Shown one piece after another: positions 1 to 10,786 of a stretch of DNA of 64,000 bases. This stretch comes from Patescibacteria group bacterium (GTDB taxonomy: Bacteria > Patescibacteriota > Patescibacteriia > UBA2591 > JABMQE01), in contig JAHIMF010000041.1 in assembly GCA_018896645.1 (NCBI GenBank), positions 1,980 through 65,979 on the forward strand, written 5' to 3'. The translations under genes and the position numbers were made by a program. The notes under the pieces are model-generated. The model was given only the letters and a program-made list of their open reading frames with translations. It searched no databases and was not told where the DNA came from. How positions within the stretch are numbered: position 1 is the stretch's first letter; each line of letters starts with the position of its first letter.

Positions 1-175
1 TTTCATTTTTTTATTATCCCGCCGTTCATAGATAAAATTTTAAATAAAATAATTGGGGCTGATAAAGTCATAATTTTTAATCAAAGGTTTGAACGGTGGA
101 GCAGAAGGGTTTCTAGCAGATTTTTAGCGGGCGGTTATTTAATCAAGGCGGTTAAAAAATAGCTCCCTTTAATTT

Positions 176-949
176 ATGGCTGACGATTTAGTAAAAAATA
201 TTACTTTTAGTTTTGATGACGGTAGCAGAGAAGATTTGAGATTGTTGGAGCTGCTAAACAGATACAACTTAAAAGGAACTTTTTATGTTCCCAAGAATTT
301 TCGTTTACGGACATTGACTGATGCCGATGTGAAACTTATCGCCAGAACCCAGGAAATTGGCGGGCACACGCTTCATCATCAGACATTGACCGAGCTGTCA
401 CCCGCACAACAAAGAAAAGAAATATTTGATTCTAAGAAATATTTGGAAGAATTGACAGGCAAAAAAGTGGGCGTGATGAGCTACCCCAATGGTCCTTACA
501 ATGCAGATATTATTGAGCTTCTCAAAGAAGCGGGTTATCTCGGCGCCCGGACTGTTAAGCGAGGGCCGTTTAGCTCTCCGAACAGTTTTGAGCTCGCTGT
601 CACTTTGCAATTTTATCCGTTTCCTTTGCGCAAGAAAGATAAAAACTCTTTTCTTTGGGGTCGGTATTTATTTGGCCCTCTTTGGTGGCATAGGGACCTA
701 ACAAAATACCTGCTGCCTATCTCATTTTTATCGTGGAAACGGTTGTCCAGAAACTCATTTGATTACATCAATAAACATGGAGGCACGCTCCATTTTTGGG
801 GTCATGGTTGGGAGATTGAGAAATATGGATTTTGGCAAGAGGTTGAGGCGTTTTTGAAGTATGTTTCCGGAAGAGACGATGTTGAATATGTTACTAACGG
901 CGAGCTTGTAAAAAAATTATTTTATGAAGATACTAATATTAATGGATAA
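176..949 (+). CDS. polysaccharide deacetylase family protein (NodB-like)
   Basis: 257 aa ORF. N-terminal 'ITFSFDDGSREDLRLLELLNRYNLKGTFYV' matches the NodB-homology deacetylase signature. Overlaps the downstream GT4 gene by 26 nt, suggesting operon coupling. Confidence 0.65.
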   Translation: MADDLVKNITFSFDDGSREDLRLLELLNRYNLKGTFYVPKNFRLRTLTDADVKLIARTQEIGGHTLHHQTLTELSPAQQRKEIFDSKKYLEELTGKKVGVMSYPNGPYNADIIELLKEAGYLGARTVKRGPFSSPNSFELAVTLQFYPFPLRKKDKNSFLWGRYLFGPLWWHRDLTKYLLPISFLSWKRLSRNSFDYINKHGGTLHFWGHGWEIEKYGFWQEVEAFLKYVSGRDDVEYVTNGELVKKLFYEDTNING

Positions 950-2171
950 ACTTCCCCCAGAAGACAAGGGCGGTGCGGAAATCGTTTGTTTAAATTTGGC
1001 CTGGGAATATCAAAAACAAGGTAATGAAGTGGGAGTTATCACAACTACTCGCAAGAAGGAATCACAAGGAAATTCTCTGGACCGCGGAGTGAAGGTCCAC
1101 CGGATTTATTCTAATTACCATAATCGTTGGCAGCCGTATGTCAGTTTGTATAATCCGTGGGTAGTTGCCAGGGTCAGGAAAATTTTGGCCAAAGAAAAAC
1201 CAGATATTGTCCATGCCCATGTTGTTCATAAACATTTGTCGTATTACAGCTTGAAGATAGTAAAAGAAATGGACATACCATTGGTTATTACTTTGCATGA
1301 TTGCCTATCAATTTGCTATAAAAAGTTCACTTGTTTTTATGACATTAAGGATTTGGATAATTCGCCTAATATTAATTATAAAGTCAAATCCTTAAAATGT
1401 TGGTGGTGCCAAAAATTAAGATATTTTCCTTTGCGCAATTTATTTGTCAGACGTTTTTTAAATACCTATCCTGATAAAGTCATAACAGTCAGTCAGGAGT
1501 TAAAAAAATTAGTGGAAGCCAATGGTATCAAAGTATCAGACACAATTCATAACGGTGTTGATGCGGATAATTTTAAGATTGATGATCAGGAAATTGAAAA
1601 TTTTAAAAAACTTTTTTCTTTGAGCGGGAAGAAGATAGTACTTTGCGCTGGTAGGTTGAATGAAACAAAGGGTTGTAATCAGCTTTTAGCTGCGATGAGG
1701 CGGGTTGGTCAAAATTTGACGGATGTTGTTTTACTGTTGCTTGCGAAAAAAGATGAATACAGCGAATCTTTGGTTAAGCGGGCCGCGGAGTCGGGCGTTA
1801 AAATAATTCTCACCGGCTGGCTGAACGGCAAAGATTTAATTGCGGCATATCATGCGGCCGATCTGGTAGTGACGCCCTCCATTTGTTTTGATACTTTTGG
1901 TATGGTAAACATTGAGGCAATGGCTTCTGAAAAGCCAGCCATCACCTCATGTTTTGGCGGCGGCAAGGAGATTGTAATTGATAACCAATCGGGTTATATA
2001 GTTAATCCTTTTGATGTTAATATATTCACCAAGCGGCTTAAAGCGCTGCTAACCGATGCTGACAAGGCCAAGGAGATGGGCGAATGCGGCAGAAAGATTG
2101 TGCAAGAGAAATTTCTTTTAGAATACTCGGCGCAAAAATATTTAAATTTATTTAAAGAATTAACCTCATGA
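924..2171 (+). CDS. glycosyltransferase family 4 (GT-B fold)
   Basis: 415 aa ORF. C-terminal 'NIEAMASEKPAITSCFGGGKEIVIDNQSGYIV' is the GT4 E-x7-E-like donor-binding region. Confidence 0.75.
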   Translation: MKILILMDKLPPEDKGGAEIVCLNLAWEYQKQGNEVGVITTTRKKESQGNSLDRGVKVHRIYSNYHNRWQPYVSLYNPWVVARVRKILAKEKPDIVHAHVVHKHLSYYSLKIVKEMDIPLVITLHDCLSICYKKFTCFYDIKDLDNSPNINYKVKSLKCWWCQKLRYFPLRNLFVRRFLNTYPDKVITVSQELKKLVEANGIKVSDTIHNGVDADNFKIDDQEIENFKKLFSLSGKKIVLCAGRLNETKGCNQLLAAMRRVGQNLTDVVLLLLAKKDEYSESLVKRAAESGVKIILTGWLNGKDLIAAYHAADLVVTPSICFDTFGMVNIEAMASEKPAITSCFGGGKEIVIDNQSGYIVNPFDVNIFTKRLKALLTDADKAKEMGECGRKIVQEKFLLEYSAQKYLNLFKELTS

Positions 2172-3613
2172 CGGATGCGATTTTATTTTTCCCAAAGACC
2201 GGGCCCAATTCAACGGCTCATCTCCCGATGAGCTTGCTTATGGTTGCGGCCCCTTTAGTTGAGCATGGTTATGAGGTTAAAATCATTGACCAGCGGTTAG
2301 AGGATGACTGGCAAGAAAAGTTGGCATCTGCTCTTAACGGCGGCGTTCTATTGGTTGGTTTTTCTGTGCTAACAGGCAAACAAATACTCTACGGTTTGGA
2401 AGCTTCTAAGTTCATTAAAGAAAACAGCAATGCTAAGGTGGTTTGGGGCGGGGTCCACCCCTCTTTATTGCCAAGACAAACTCTTGAGAATCATTATATT
2501 GATTTTGTAATTATTGGTGAAGGCGAGCAGGTGTTTGAGCGCTTGTTAGAGAAATTGAAAAATAGTGATGCCAATTATTCAGATGTGGATGGCCTCGGAT
2601 ATAAAAAAGATAGTGAAATATACATCAACGAGCAAAAGGATTTTATTGACCTAAATGCTCTGCCGTCGATTCCTTATAATTTAGTTGAAGTTGAGAAATA
2701 TGTTACCAAAAAATCATTCGCTTCGGGAAATCCTGGCCGAAATGTGGCTATTTATACCAGCCGCGGTTGTCCGCATCGTTGTGCGTTTTGCTACAACCTG
2801 AAATTTAACAAACGGCGCTGGCGAGGCAAGTCAGCCGAGAAGGTAATAATCGAGCTTGGACATTGGATAGACAGGTATAATATCAACGCTTTTGAAATTG
2901 AAGATGACGAATTTTTTGTTGATTTGAACCGCGTGCGTGAAATCTGCCTAAAAATCATTGAAAAAGGTTGGCAAATAGAAATATTTTCCAGCTCGCGGGT
3001 AAATTATTTAGAAAATATGGATGATGATTTTTTAAAATTGCTGTTTCGCGCTGGCTTCAAAACTTTGTCCTTCGGAGTAGAATCTGGCTCGCCAGAGATC
3101 CAAAAAGAAATTCATAAGGATATAACGAACGAACAGGTGTTCTCCGCAGTGAGGCGGTTGGGCAAAGCCGGCATCAATTCAAAATATTATTTTATGTGTG
3201 GTTTTCCCGGCGAGTCCATTGGGCAGTTGTACGAGACGATTGATTTGATTTACAAAATGAAGCAGGAGGACCGGCGCGTGCGCATTCCGCCTTGGCGCAT
3301 TTATACGCCATATCATGGCACCGAGTTGTATGAGAAGAGTATTCTGTCTGGTTGGCACCCGCCCAAGAACCTCAAGGCCTGGGCAAATTATGATTTTGAA
3401 ACAGCGAATATGCCCTGGCTGAACCGAAAAAAGAAAGTTATTATAAAAAACGCCGCTTGGATGTCAAAATATGTTGTTCTTGACAATAATGCCGGCGGCG
3501 GTATAAAATATAAACTGGGCCGGTTGTTTGGCAAGTGGATTGATTTCAGGTGGCGGCATCATTGGTTTTTCTTCGCGCCGGAAAGATCAATTCTATTGCT
3601 GGTAAAAGATTAG
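2168..3613 (+). CDS. B12-binding domain radical SAM protein (paralog 1 of 5)
   Basis: 481 aa ORF. N-terminal Rossmann-like B12-binding domain ('VVWGGVHPSLLP'), then 'SRGCPHRCAFCYN' carrying the CX3CX2C radical SAM cluster motif. Start overlaps the upstream stop (ATGA). Confidence 0.8.
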   Translation: MTDAILFFPKTGPNSTAHLPMSLLMVAAPLVEHGYEVKIIDQRLEDDWQEKLASALNGGVLLVGFSVLTGKQILYGLEASKFIKENSNAKVVWGGVHPSLLPRQTLENHYIDFVIIGEGEQVFERLLEKLKNSDANYSDVDGLGYKKDSEIYINEQKDFIDLNALPSIPYNLVEVEKYVTKKSFASGNPGRNVAIYTSRGCPHRCAFCYNLKFNKRRWRGKSAEKVIIELGHWIDRYNINAFEIEDDEFFVDLNRVREICLKIIEKGWQIEIFSSSRVNYLENMDDDFLKLLFRAGFKTLSFGVESGSPEIQKEIHKDITNEQVFSAVRRLGKAGINSKYYFMCGFPGESIGQLYETIDLIYKMKQEDRRVRIPPWRIYTPYHGTELYEKSILSGWHPPKNLKAWANYDFETANMPWLNRKKKVIIKNAAWMSKYVVLDNNAGGGIKYKLGRLFGKWIDFRWRHHWFFFAPERSILLLVKD

Positions 3614-3716
3614 GTTAGTATAATGTTTGATTTTAAGCTAACCGCAGATTAAGGCGCTTGTTCCTCAATTAGGCTTTGTCTAAGTTTAACACGCCTCACA
3701 TTTAATTTATAGCATT

Positions 3717-5231
3717 ATGAAAGTTTTGCTGGTTAATCCGGCTCGCACCTATTATAAAGGTTCAAAGGGAGTGAGGTTAGGATTGCCTTTGGGTTTGATG
3801 TATATTGCCAGTGTTTTAGAGAAAAATTCCATTCCGGTAAAAATATTTGACACTCTTATTTCTGCTTCCACTAAAATTACAGAGCATTCAGACCATATTT
3901 ATCACGGGGTGGGTGATGATTTTTTTAAAGAGGTTATTGTCAGGGAAAAACCGGATGTGGTAGGGATTACTAGTCCGTTTACGGCTCAGGTTGGGAATTC
4001 TTGCGAGGCGGCTAGACTAATTAAAGAAGTTGATCCCAATATTTTTGTGGTTATCGGCGGACCTCATTTTGCAGTTTTGGGCCAAGAATTTTTAAAAGAA
4101 AACAAAAATATTGACGCCGCTATGATTGGCGAGGGCGAATTGGTAATGCCGACACTGCTAGAAACAATAGAAAATAACCAACCTTTTAATGCGATTGATG
4201 GATTGATTTATCGCTCTATTAATGACAGCGGAGAATCAGTGGTGATTGCGAATAATCCGAAGCTTATAAATGATTTGGATAGTTTGCCATTCCCAGCTTA
4301 TCATTTGATTGATATGGAAAGATACTTTGACTTTTTGAGAGAAGGTCTTTACGCTCGGCCGGGCCAACAAAAAAGGTCAATCTCAATGATTACGAGTCGG
4401 GGCTGTCCGTTTAATTGTGTTTTTTGTTCAATTCATTTGCATATGGGAAAAATTTGGCGCGCTCATTCGGCTGATTATGTAATTTCTCATATTGAGCGGG
4501 TGGTTAATAAATACGGGGTGGAGCACATATCGTTTGAAGATGATAATTTTACATCAAACTTCAAGAGATGCGAGAAGATCTTTGATTATTTATTAGAAAA
4601 AAAGATTAATATTACCTGGGATACTCCAAACGGAGTTCGGGCAGATACTCTAAATAAGGATTTGCTTAAAAAAATGAAAAAATCGGGCTGTACGGAGTTA
4701 GTAATCGGGACCGAGTCCGGAGATCAGGATACCTTGGATAATATTATTAAAAAAAATTTAAGATTAGAGAAAGTTGTTCAAGTTGCCCGATGGTGCAAGG
4801 AATTAAAGATTGAACTTAATTCTTTTTTCGTGATTGGTTTTCCCGGAGAAACTAAAGAGAAAATTCAGAAAACAATTGATTTTGCTTTTTTGCTTTATAA
4901 AAAATTTAACGTAAGACCGAATTTGATGACAGCTACTCCGTTAATCGGAACCGAACTACATAAGATAGTTGTCAGTAATGGATATCTAATAGAAGAGGTG
5001 ACGGCTGAAAATTTAGCTTTGGCAACTCAACCAAGAGGTAAGCCCTTAATCAAGACCCCCGAGTTTTCTCCTGAAGATTTAAAGGAGTCTGACAGAGAAT
5101 TGAAGACACGGTTAGCGAGATTAAATTTAGTCCGAAGATTAATAAACCCCAGGGAGTGGCTTAGGTTGTTGAGATTATTTTTAAGTAGGCCTTCAAGATT
5201 AATTTTGTATCTAAAAAAGCTTTGCGGTTGA
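3717..5231 (+). CDS. B12-binding domain radical SAM protein (paralog 2)
   Basis: 504 aa ORF. 'VVIGGPHFAVL' B12-domain motif, then 'SRGCPFNCVFCS' (CX3CX2C). Confidence 0.8.
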   Translation: MKVLLVNPARTYYKGSKGVRLGLPLGLMYIASVLEKNSIPVKIFDTLISASTKITEHSDHIYHGVGDDFFKEVIVREKPDVVGITSPFTAQVGNSCEAARLIKEVDPNIFVVIGGPHFAVLGQEFLKENKNIDAAMIGEGELVMPTLLETIENNQPFNAIDGLIYRSINDSGESVVIANNPKLINDLDSLPFPAYHLIDMERYFDFLREGLYARPGQQKRSISMITSRGCPFNCVFCSIHLHMGKIWRAHSADYVISHIERVVNKYGVEHISFEDDNFTSNFKRCEKIFDYLLEKKINITWDTPNGVRADTLNKDLLKKMKKSGCTELVIGTESGDQDTLDNIIKKNLRLEKVVQVARWCKELKIELNSFFVIGFPGETKEKIQKTIDFAFLLYKKFNVRPNLMTATPLIGTELHKIVVSNGYLIEEVTAENLALATQPRGKPLIKTPEFSPEDLKESDRELKTRLARLNLVRRLINPREWLRLLRLFLSRPSRLILYLKKLCG

Positions 5232-5287
5232 AATTTGACTTTTAGCGGATAATTAGCTAAAATTATACAAAAGATTACTTAAAAAGA

Positions 5288-8146
5288 ATGCCTAAACTGT
5301 TTAGAATATTTAAATATATTCCCGGAACCCAAAACAGGTTTTTTAAAAAACTTATTTTGGTTTTTTTCATTTTAGGTTTGATAGCTGTTATCTTTCTGAC
5401 AATTTTTGTGGCCGAGTATAAGGATTTTAATGACGTAATAAAGGCCAAGGTTCCGAAGTTGTCTTGGCTGGCTGAGTCTTACAATCTTCTGGATGTTCTT
5501 TATTTTTATTCTTATTTTCAGGAAACAAAATTACCTAAATACGAGATAATTATAGAAGAAGAAAATTTAAAAGTCCTTAATGAAAATTTGCCCGATATTA
5601 GTGAAATAACTTTGAGCGAGGAGTATAAAAAGAATTCAGTACCAGCGATCTTAAAATATAATGGAGAGGATTTTGAAGTAAAGGTAAGATATCGGGGAGA
5701 TTCGCAGGTTCATTGGGCATATCCTAAAAAGTCTTGGCGCGTGGAGTTAACAAATAAAACAATGGAAGACAAGGGTTTGATTAACGGTATGGAAAGTTTT
5801 AACTTGATTATAGGCGGGGACCGGTCTTTGGTCACAGAACAGCTAAGCTATTACCGATCCAAAAAATTAGGCTTAGCAGTGCCGCACAGCGAATTTGTTG
5901 ATTTAGAAATTAATGGAAAATATCAAGGAGCATATTGGCTTCTGGAGACCTGGGATAAAACATTCCTAGAGAAAAATAAAGTGGCATCAGATATAAACCT
6001 TTATGGCGAGAATGTTGAACGTTATGAACAAAAAAATATCTTTGCCAGTACTGACAGATGGACAAAATATACTTCAGACGAGATGGCGCTTTTTGATAAT
6101 TTTGCGGAAGTTGAGCAGTTATTGTACTTGTTAGAAATTCCAGACGAAGAATTTTATGAAAAAATTTCCGAACTGGTTGATTTGGACAGTTTCTATAAAT
6201 GGAACACGATTACTTTATTAGTCGGTGGCGATGGTCAGAAATATTCTAATAACATTCGAATGTATTTTGACAATACGCAGGGCAAGTTCAATTTTATTCC
6301 TTGGGATATCAGCCAGGTAGAAAGGCCAGAGCTTTATGATGCTTATGTAAGCCCGATTATAGACCGGATTTTAAGCAATCCAAGGTTTTTACAAGAGAGA
6401 AATAATTATTTATGGGATTATGTAAAAAATGAAGAAAATTTAGAGGATGACTTGAAATATTACGATGAGCTTTTTGGTAAAGTTAAAATTTCCTTTCATA
6501 AAGATCATTTAAAACTTTATAGTAATTTATTTTTTGACAGACAAGTTAGCAACCGAAGAAAATTGTTGATTGAACAGGTTGAGAACATAAAAAATAAACT
6601 TTCCGAAGCCAAGGTTTCGGTGGAAGCGAGGATTGACACTGATTTTAACAGTAGTCGAAGAGTAGTGGCGGACTTAAATTTTTTAACTCAAAATTTTAAT
6701 AGTTTAAACATAAAAAAAATTTCTTTTAGATGGGATGAGCCGGGAAGTTTTAAATTATATGATGATACCAATAATAATGGGATTTGGGACGATAAGGATC
6801 AGTTAGTCGGGAATTTTAAAAGAGATAATAAATGGCACGAAATTGATTTGAATAAAGAAATTTTTGCCAGGCGGGATTATGATGATTATAAGAAATTTAA
6901 ACAGGATAAGTTTTATCAAGAGAACTTTTTTAATCCCGTTAACATCATTATTACGCCATACCGTCTTTTCATAGTTTCGCAAGTACCTAAATTTGTGCCA
7001 GAAAATTTTAAATTTAAAATAGAGAATTCTTTAACCGGCAAAGAGGCCGATTTGACTAAGCGCTTTATTGACCTGGCCACTTTTGCTAATTTTGAAGATA
7101 TTTTTAAAAATAGAGAGCAATTTATTTTGGATAATCCGATTTTTAAGTTGAACGAAGAGGGGATAGTTTTACAAACTGGAATTTATCAAATTAACAAAGA
7201 CATAATAATACCCAAGAATACAAGCTTGACAATTCAAGTCGGGACGATTTTGAACTTTGCTTCTTCTACCTCCATGGTCTCTTATAGTCCGGTTAATATT
7301 TCCGGTACTAAGAATAATCCTATTATTTTTACGGCTCAAGATAAAAACAGGCCTTGGGGCGTCCTTGGTTTGACATCCGGAGCGGACGGCAGTATTATTA
7401 ATTATGCTATATTTGAACACGGAAGCGATGATTATATTAACGGAATCTATTTTTCCGGCATGGTTTCTAGTTATTTTGCCAAAACTGCGATTGACAACTC
7501 TACTTTCCAGTATGCCCAAGCTGATGACGGTTTAAACATCAAAAATTCTAGTTCTACTATATCCAATAGTTTTTTTCACCGCAATAGCGCTGATGGTCTA
7601 GATTTGGACTTTAGTAATTCTCGCGTGGAAAATAATCGTTTTATTGGCAATGGCAATGATGGTTTGGATCTCTCAAGTCATCAGCCATTTATTTTGAATA
7701 ATTATATTGAGGGATCGGGCGATAAAGGAATTAGCATTGGCGAAGATTCAAAAGCGATTATTATTAATAATTTGATGAAAGACAATAAAATTGGCATTGA
7801 GATAAAAGACCTTTCCGAACCGCAAGTGATTAATTGTACTATTATTGGCAATGAGATTGGCATAAATTCATACCAAAAGAAGGCAATCTTTGGAGGCGGA
7901 CATGGAAAAGTTTACAACTCTGTAATCTGGGCAAACGATGAGCAAATTACGTTTGACAATAAGTCCACAATCAGCATTAACCAAACTGACGTTGAGGGCG
8001 GTTACGAGGGTAATGGCAACCTGAATTTAGATCCAAAATTTGCTGATGATTTTAAAACTCAAAATAGCCAGATGAGGATTAATTTGGATTATTTAAAACA
8101 ATATTTAGAGATTTTGCCCAAAGAATTATTTATGGGAATATATTAG
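5288..8146 (+). CDS. CotH kinase-family protein with C-terminal right-handed parallel beta-helix (PbH1) repeats; N-terminal membrane anchor
   Basis: 952 aa ORF. 'VKVRYRGDSQVHWAYPKKSWRVEL' is the CotH signature (RGxS...PKKS[YW]). C-terminal third shows repeated 'NxxxxNxxDGLDL / IGxExxxI' beta-helix repeats. Hydrophobic N-terminal helix. Confidence 0.7.
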   Translation: MPKLFRIFKYIPGTQNRFFKKLILVFFILGLIAVIFLTIFVAEYKDFNDVIKAKVPKLSWLAESYNLLDVLYFYSYFQETKLPKYEIIIEEENLKVLNENLPDISEITLSEEYKKNSVPAILKYNGEDFEVKVRYRGDSQVHWAYPKKSWRVELTNKTMEDKGLINGMESFNLIIGGDRSLVTEQLSYYRSKKLGLAVPHSEFVDLEINGKYQGAYWLLETWDKTFLEKNKVASDINLYGENVERYEQKNIFASTDRWTKYTSDEMALFDNFAEVEQLLYLLEIPDEEFYEKISELVDLDSFYKWNTITLLVGGDGQKYSNNIRMYFDNTQGKFNFIPWDISQVERPELYDAYVSPIIDRILSNPRFLQERNNYLWDYVKNEENLEDDLKYYDELFGKVKISFHKDHLKLYSNLFFDRQVSNRRKLLIEQVENIKNKLSEAKVSVEARIDTDFNSSRRVVADLNFLTQNFNSLNIKKISFRWDEPGSFKLYDDTNNNGIWDDKDQLVGNFKRDNKWHEIDLNKEIFARRDYDDYKKFKQDKFYQENFFNPVNIIITPYRLFIVSQVPKFVPENFKFKIENSLTGKEADLTKRFIDLATFANFEDIFKNREQFILDNPIFKLNEEGIVLQTGIYQINKDIIIPKNTSLTIQVGTILNFASSTSMVSYSPVNISGTKNNPIIFTAQDKNRPWGVLGLTSGADGSIINYAIFEHGSDDYINGIYFSGMVSSYFAKTAIDNSTFQYAQADDGLNIKNSSSTISNSFFHRNSADGLDLDFSNSRVENNRFIGNGNDGLDLSSHQPFILNNYIEGSGDKGISIGEDSKAIIINNLMKDNKIGIEIKDLSEPQVINCTIIGNEIGINSYQKKAIFGGGHGKVYNSVIWANDEQITFDNKSTISINQTDVEGGYEGNGNLNLDPKFADDFKTQNSQMRINLDYLKQYLEILPKELFMGIY

Positions 8147-8147
8147 T

Positions 8148-9842
8148 ATGCGTTTGCGATTTAGATATTTTTTCAGATTAACAAAATTTATATTAGCGCC
8201 GCTCGTGGTGTTGTTTATGATTGCGGCGGCGGTTTTTGTTATAGAGGCCAAGGATTTGCGGAGCCAGCCCGTTTTTGCCCGACTGATTGCGTTTATAGAT
8301 GCCAGAGGCATAAATAAGGTTTTAGATATTTTTTATCTTCATCATTCTTTTGAAAAGCGGAAATTGCCTACCTTCAAGCTTACTGTTGAGAAAGATTCCG
8401 AAAAAAAATTAGATGAGATGGCCCGGGCCGCGATTGCGGCGGATTTTCTCTTTGATGAAAATAAAGAATTTGTGCCGGCGACTCTTGTTTATAACGGTCA
8501 AAAATATCAAGTTGATATCCGTTATCGCGGGGACGGAGATATCCACTGGAAGTTCCCCAAAAAGTCCTGGAGGATTCGACTGAAAGGTGGCGAGCACATA
8601 ATGGGTTTTAACAATTTTGATTTGATTGTGCCCCGGGACCGGGGATTTGTTCTGGAAAATTTGAATAACTACCGAGCCGGAAAGCTGGGATTGCCGTCTT
8701 TGCGGGACCAGTTCGTTGACCTTGAAGTTAATGGCAGTTTTCATGGCCCATATTGGCTGGTAGATCATGACTACAGTGAATCATTAGAGGTTAGCAAGCG
8801 GCCGGCTGATGTCAATACTTACGGCGGTTATGTGCGGGGAAGGCCTCAATGGGAAGATACAAATGATACGGGCCGGTGGCAGAAGTACAGCGAGGACAAG
8901 GTTTCGCAGTTTGATAATTATGCGGAAATGGATAAACTTCTCGACTTTCTCAAAAATACAGAAACAGAAGAATTCTATTTGAGGATTGGGGAGCTCGTGG
9001 ACCTTAGAAGTATGTATGCTTGGCAAGTCCTGACGGAACTTTCTGGCAGTGATCATAATGGGTTTGGAAATAGCAGGTTATATTTTGATAACACTTTGGG
9101 TAAATTTAGTATTATCCCTTGGGACATAGAAGGCGGCGGGGCTCCACCTGACTATGCCTCCAATCTTTTGCTTGCCCGCATTTTTAAAAATCCTCAATTT
9201 TTACACGAGAAGAACGAATTACTGTGGAGCTATGTATCGGACGCGGCTAATTTGAAGGATGATTTGGCCCATTATGACGAATTATACAACGAAGTTAAGA
9301 CATCCTTTTATAAAGACCGCAAGAAGCAGGTAAGCAGTTACCAGTTTGATAAAGAGGTTAGATACTGGAGAGATACCTTAGAAGCACAATTTGAGGTTGC
9401 TAAAGAACGGTTTGCTCGAGCCGAGGTGCTTATTGGGACGGGTGCTATAGAAGGGACGACACGTTTTGATGTCATAACAACGAATTATGCCGGTTTAGAT
9501 TTTAGGGGAGTGTCATTTAAAAGTGATGCAAGCCGGGATTTTCAAGATTTAGCCTTATATTTTGACAGTAATTACAATGGTAATCTGGATTCTGCTGACG
9601 AATATATTGATAAATTTGAATTTGAGGATAATAGTTATCGCGTTCAATTTTCAAAAATTCTTTTTGCCGAAAGGAACTACCCGGATGATTATCGTGATTT
9701 TACAGCTTCCAAAGCAGAAATTTTACCGACCAGATACACTTTTTTTGTTGTTGGCGCGCCACTCGCGGCCTCTTTGACTTTTGATATCACTAATGTTTTT
9801 ACCGGTGAACAAGCAACGAAGTTGACAAACCAGTTAAAATAA
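8148..9842 (+). CDS. CotH kinase-family protein (second, shorter paralog); N-terminal membrane anchor
   Basis: 564 aa ORF. 'VDIRYRGDGDIHWKFPKKSWRIRL' is collinear with the CotH motif of the upstream protein, and downstream blocks (FDN..AE.., GKF..IPWD) are shared. Confidence 0.7.
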   Translation: MRLRFRYFFRLTKFILAPLVVLFMIAAAVFVIEAKDLRSQPVFARLIAFIDARGINKVLDIFYLHHSFEKRKLPTFKLTVEKDSEKKLDEMARAAIAADFLFDENKEFVPATLVYNGQKYQVDIRYRGDGDIHWKFPKKSWRIRLKGGEHIMGFNNFDLIVPRDRGFVLENLNNYRAGKLGLPSLRDQFVDLEVNGSFHGPYWLVDHDYSESLEVSKRPADVNTYGGYVRGRPQWEDTNDTGRWQKYSEDKVSQFDNYAEMDKLLDFLKNTETEEFYLRIGELVDLRSMYAWQVLTELSGSDHNGFGNSRLYFDNTLGKFSIIPWDIEGGGAPPDYASNLLLARIFKNPQFLHEKNELLWSYVSDAANLKDDLAHYDELYNEVKTSFYKDRKKQVSSYQFDKEVRYWRDTLEAQFEVAKERFARAEVLIGTGAIEGTTRFDVITTNYAGLDFRGVSFKSDASRDFQDLALYFDSNYNGNLDSADEYIDKFEFEDNSYRVQFSKILFAERNYPDDYRDFTASKAEILPTRYTFFVVGAPLAASLTFDITNVFTGEQATKLTNQLK

Positions 9843-9854
9843 GCTAATGTGTGA

Positions 9855-9979
9855 CATTAAAGCAATTATGAAAATACAAGAATAACGACGAATAGTTATT
9901 TTTATATTCTTGTATTCTTGTTATTTTCATAGCAGGTATCCCTCTATTTTTATAATTTCATAACTTCAATGCTTTAATG
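9855..9979. repeat. MITE-like intergenic element, family A (copy 1): 10-bp terminal inverted repeats CATTAAAGCA/TGCTTTAATG with an internal hairpin
   Basis: TIRs seen at 9855-9864 and 9970-9979. Internal inverted repeat GAAAATACAAGAATA...TATTCTTGTATT. Related copies at 29784-29906 and 25383-25426. Confidence 0.5.
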
Positions 9980-9993
9980 TTTTTTAATGAAAC

Positions 9994-10767
9994 ATGAAAC
10001 CCACTCTTCATTTCCAAAGATTTGAATTTAAATATCCAATGCATAAGCCAACGGCCGAGAAGATAATTCCAGCCCTATTAAAATATATGAGCTGGGATCC
10101 TTTTGTTTCGGGAAGGGGAGATAAATCTTACTTGGTAAATAGTCTTTATTTTGACAATAGCGGTTATGGCTGTTATTTTGAGAAGGAGTCGGGCGAGAAG
10201 TTTAGGAAAAAATTTCGTTTACGAGTTTATGAGAGCGAAGTTAAAGATGATACGAACATTTTTGTAGAAATAAAGAGAAAAAATAACGCTTTGATAATAA
10301 AGGACAGAGTGCATTTGCCAGCTAAAGATGCGAGGAGGATTTTAGTGAATAATAAATTGAATAGCTATGTTGGGCAAATCAGCGACGATGACATGATGGT
10401 TTTAAAAGAATTTTTATGGACTAAGAATTATAATTGCATGATGCCCAGAATTATGGTAGCATATAGGAGGAAACCGTTAGTAGCCAAGACAGACAGGAAT
10501 GTTCGGGTGACATTTGATTATGACATCCGCGCAAAATTAACAAACTGGTTTAATTGTAATAATTTTGCCTGGAAAGAGGTTTTGCCAGGCAGTTTAATTT
10601 TAGAGATAAAATATAATAATATCCTGCCTTTTTGGCTGCACGAGATTATCCAAAAATATCAACTGGAGCGGGTCGCTTTTTCAAAATATTGTAATGCGGT
10701 AAGGGCTTGTATGCCGCAGATTGACGATGGAAGCGGAAGGGACAGCGGAAACTATTTGGGTGTATAA
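9994..10767 (+). CDS. VTC-domain (polyphosphate-polymerase/CYTH-like) protein
   Basis: 257 aa ORF. N-terminal 'QRFEFKY' is typical of bacterial VTC-domain proteins. Sits in the usual genomic context with CotH and DUF4956. Confidence 0.6.
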   Translation: MKPTLHFQRFEFKYPMHKPTAEKIIPALLKYMSWDPFVSGRGDKSYLVNSLYFDNSGYGCYFEKESGEKFRKKFRLRVYESEVKDDTNIFVEIKRKNNALIIKDRVHLPAKDARRILVNNKLNSYVGQISDDDMMVLKEFLWTKNYNCMMPRIMVAYRRKPLVAKTDRNVRVTFDYDIRAKLTNWFNCNNFAWKEVLPGSLILEIKYNNILPFWLHEIIQKYQLERVAFSKYCNAVRACMPQIDDGSGRDSGNYLGV

Positions 10768-10786
10768 CTTTTAATAATAAAAAATT

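Noticed and set aside
7169-7519. 116-aa minus-strand ORF inside the CotH/beta-helix gene
   Set aside because: It is completely embedded antisense in a well-supported long CDS. Its low-complexity translation is typical of shadow ORFs in AT-rich DNA. The same reasoning applies to 8409-8768, 8784-9056, 28523-28883, 53385-53826, 23156-23535, 16145-16563 and 46541-46891.
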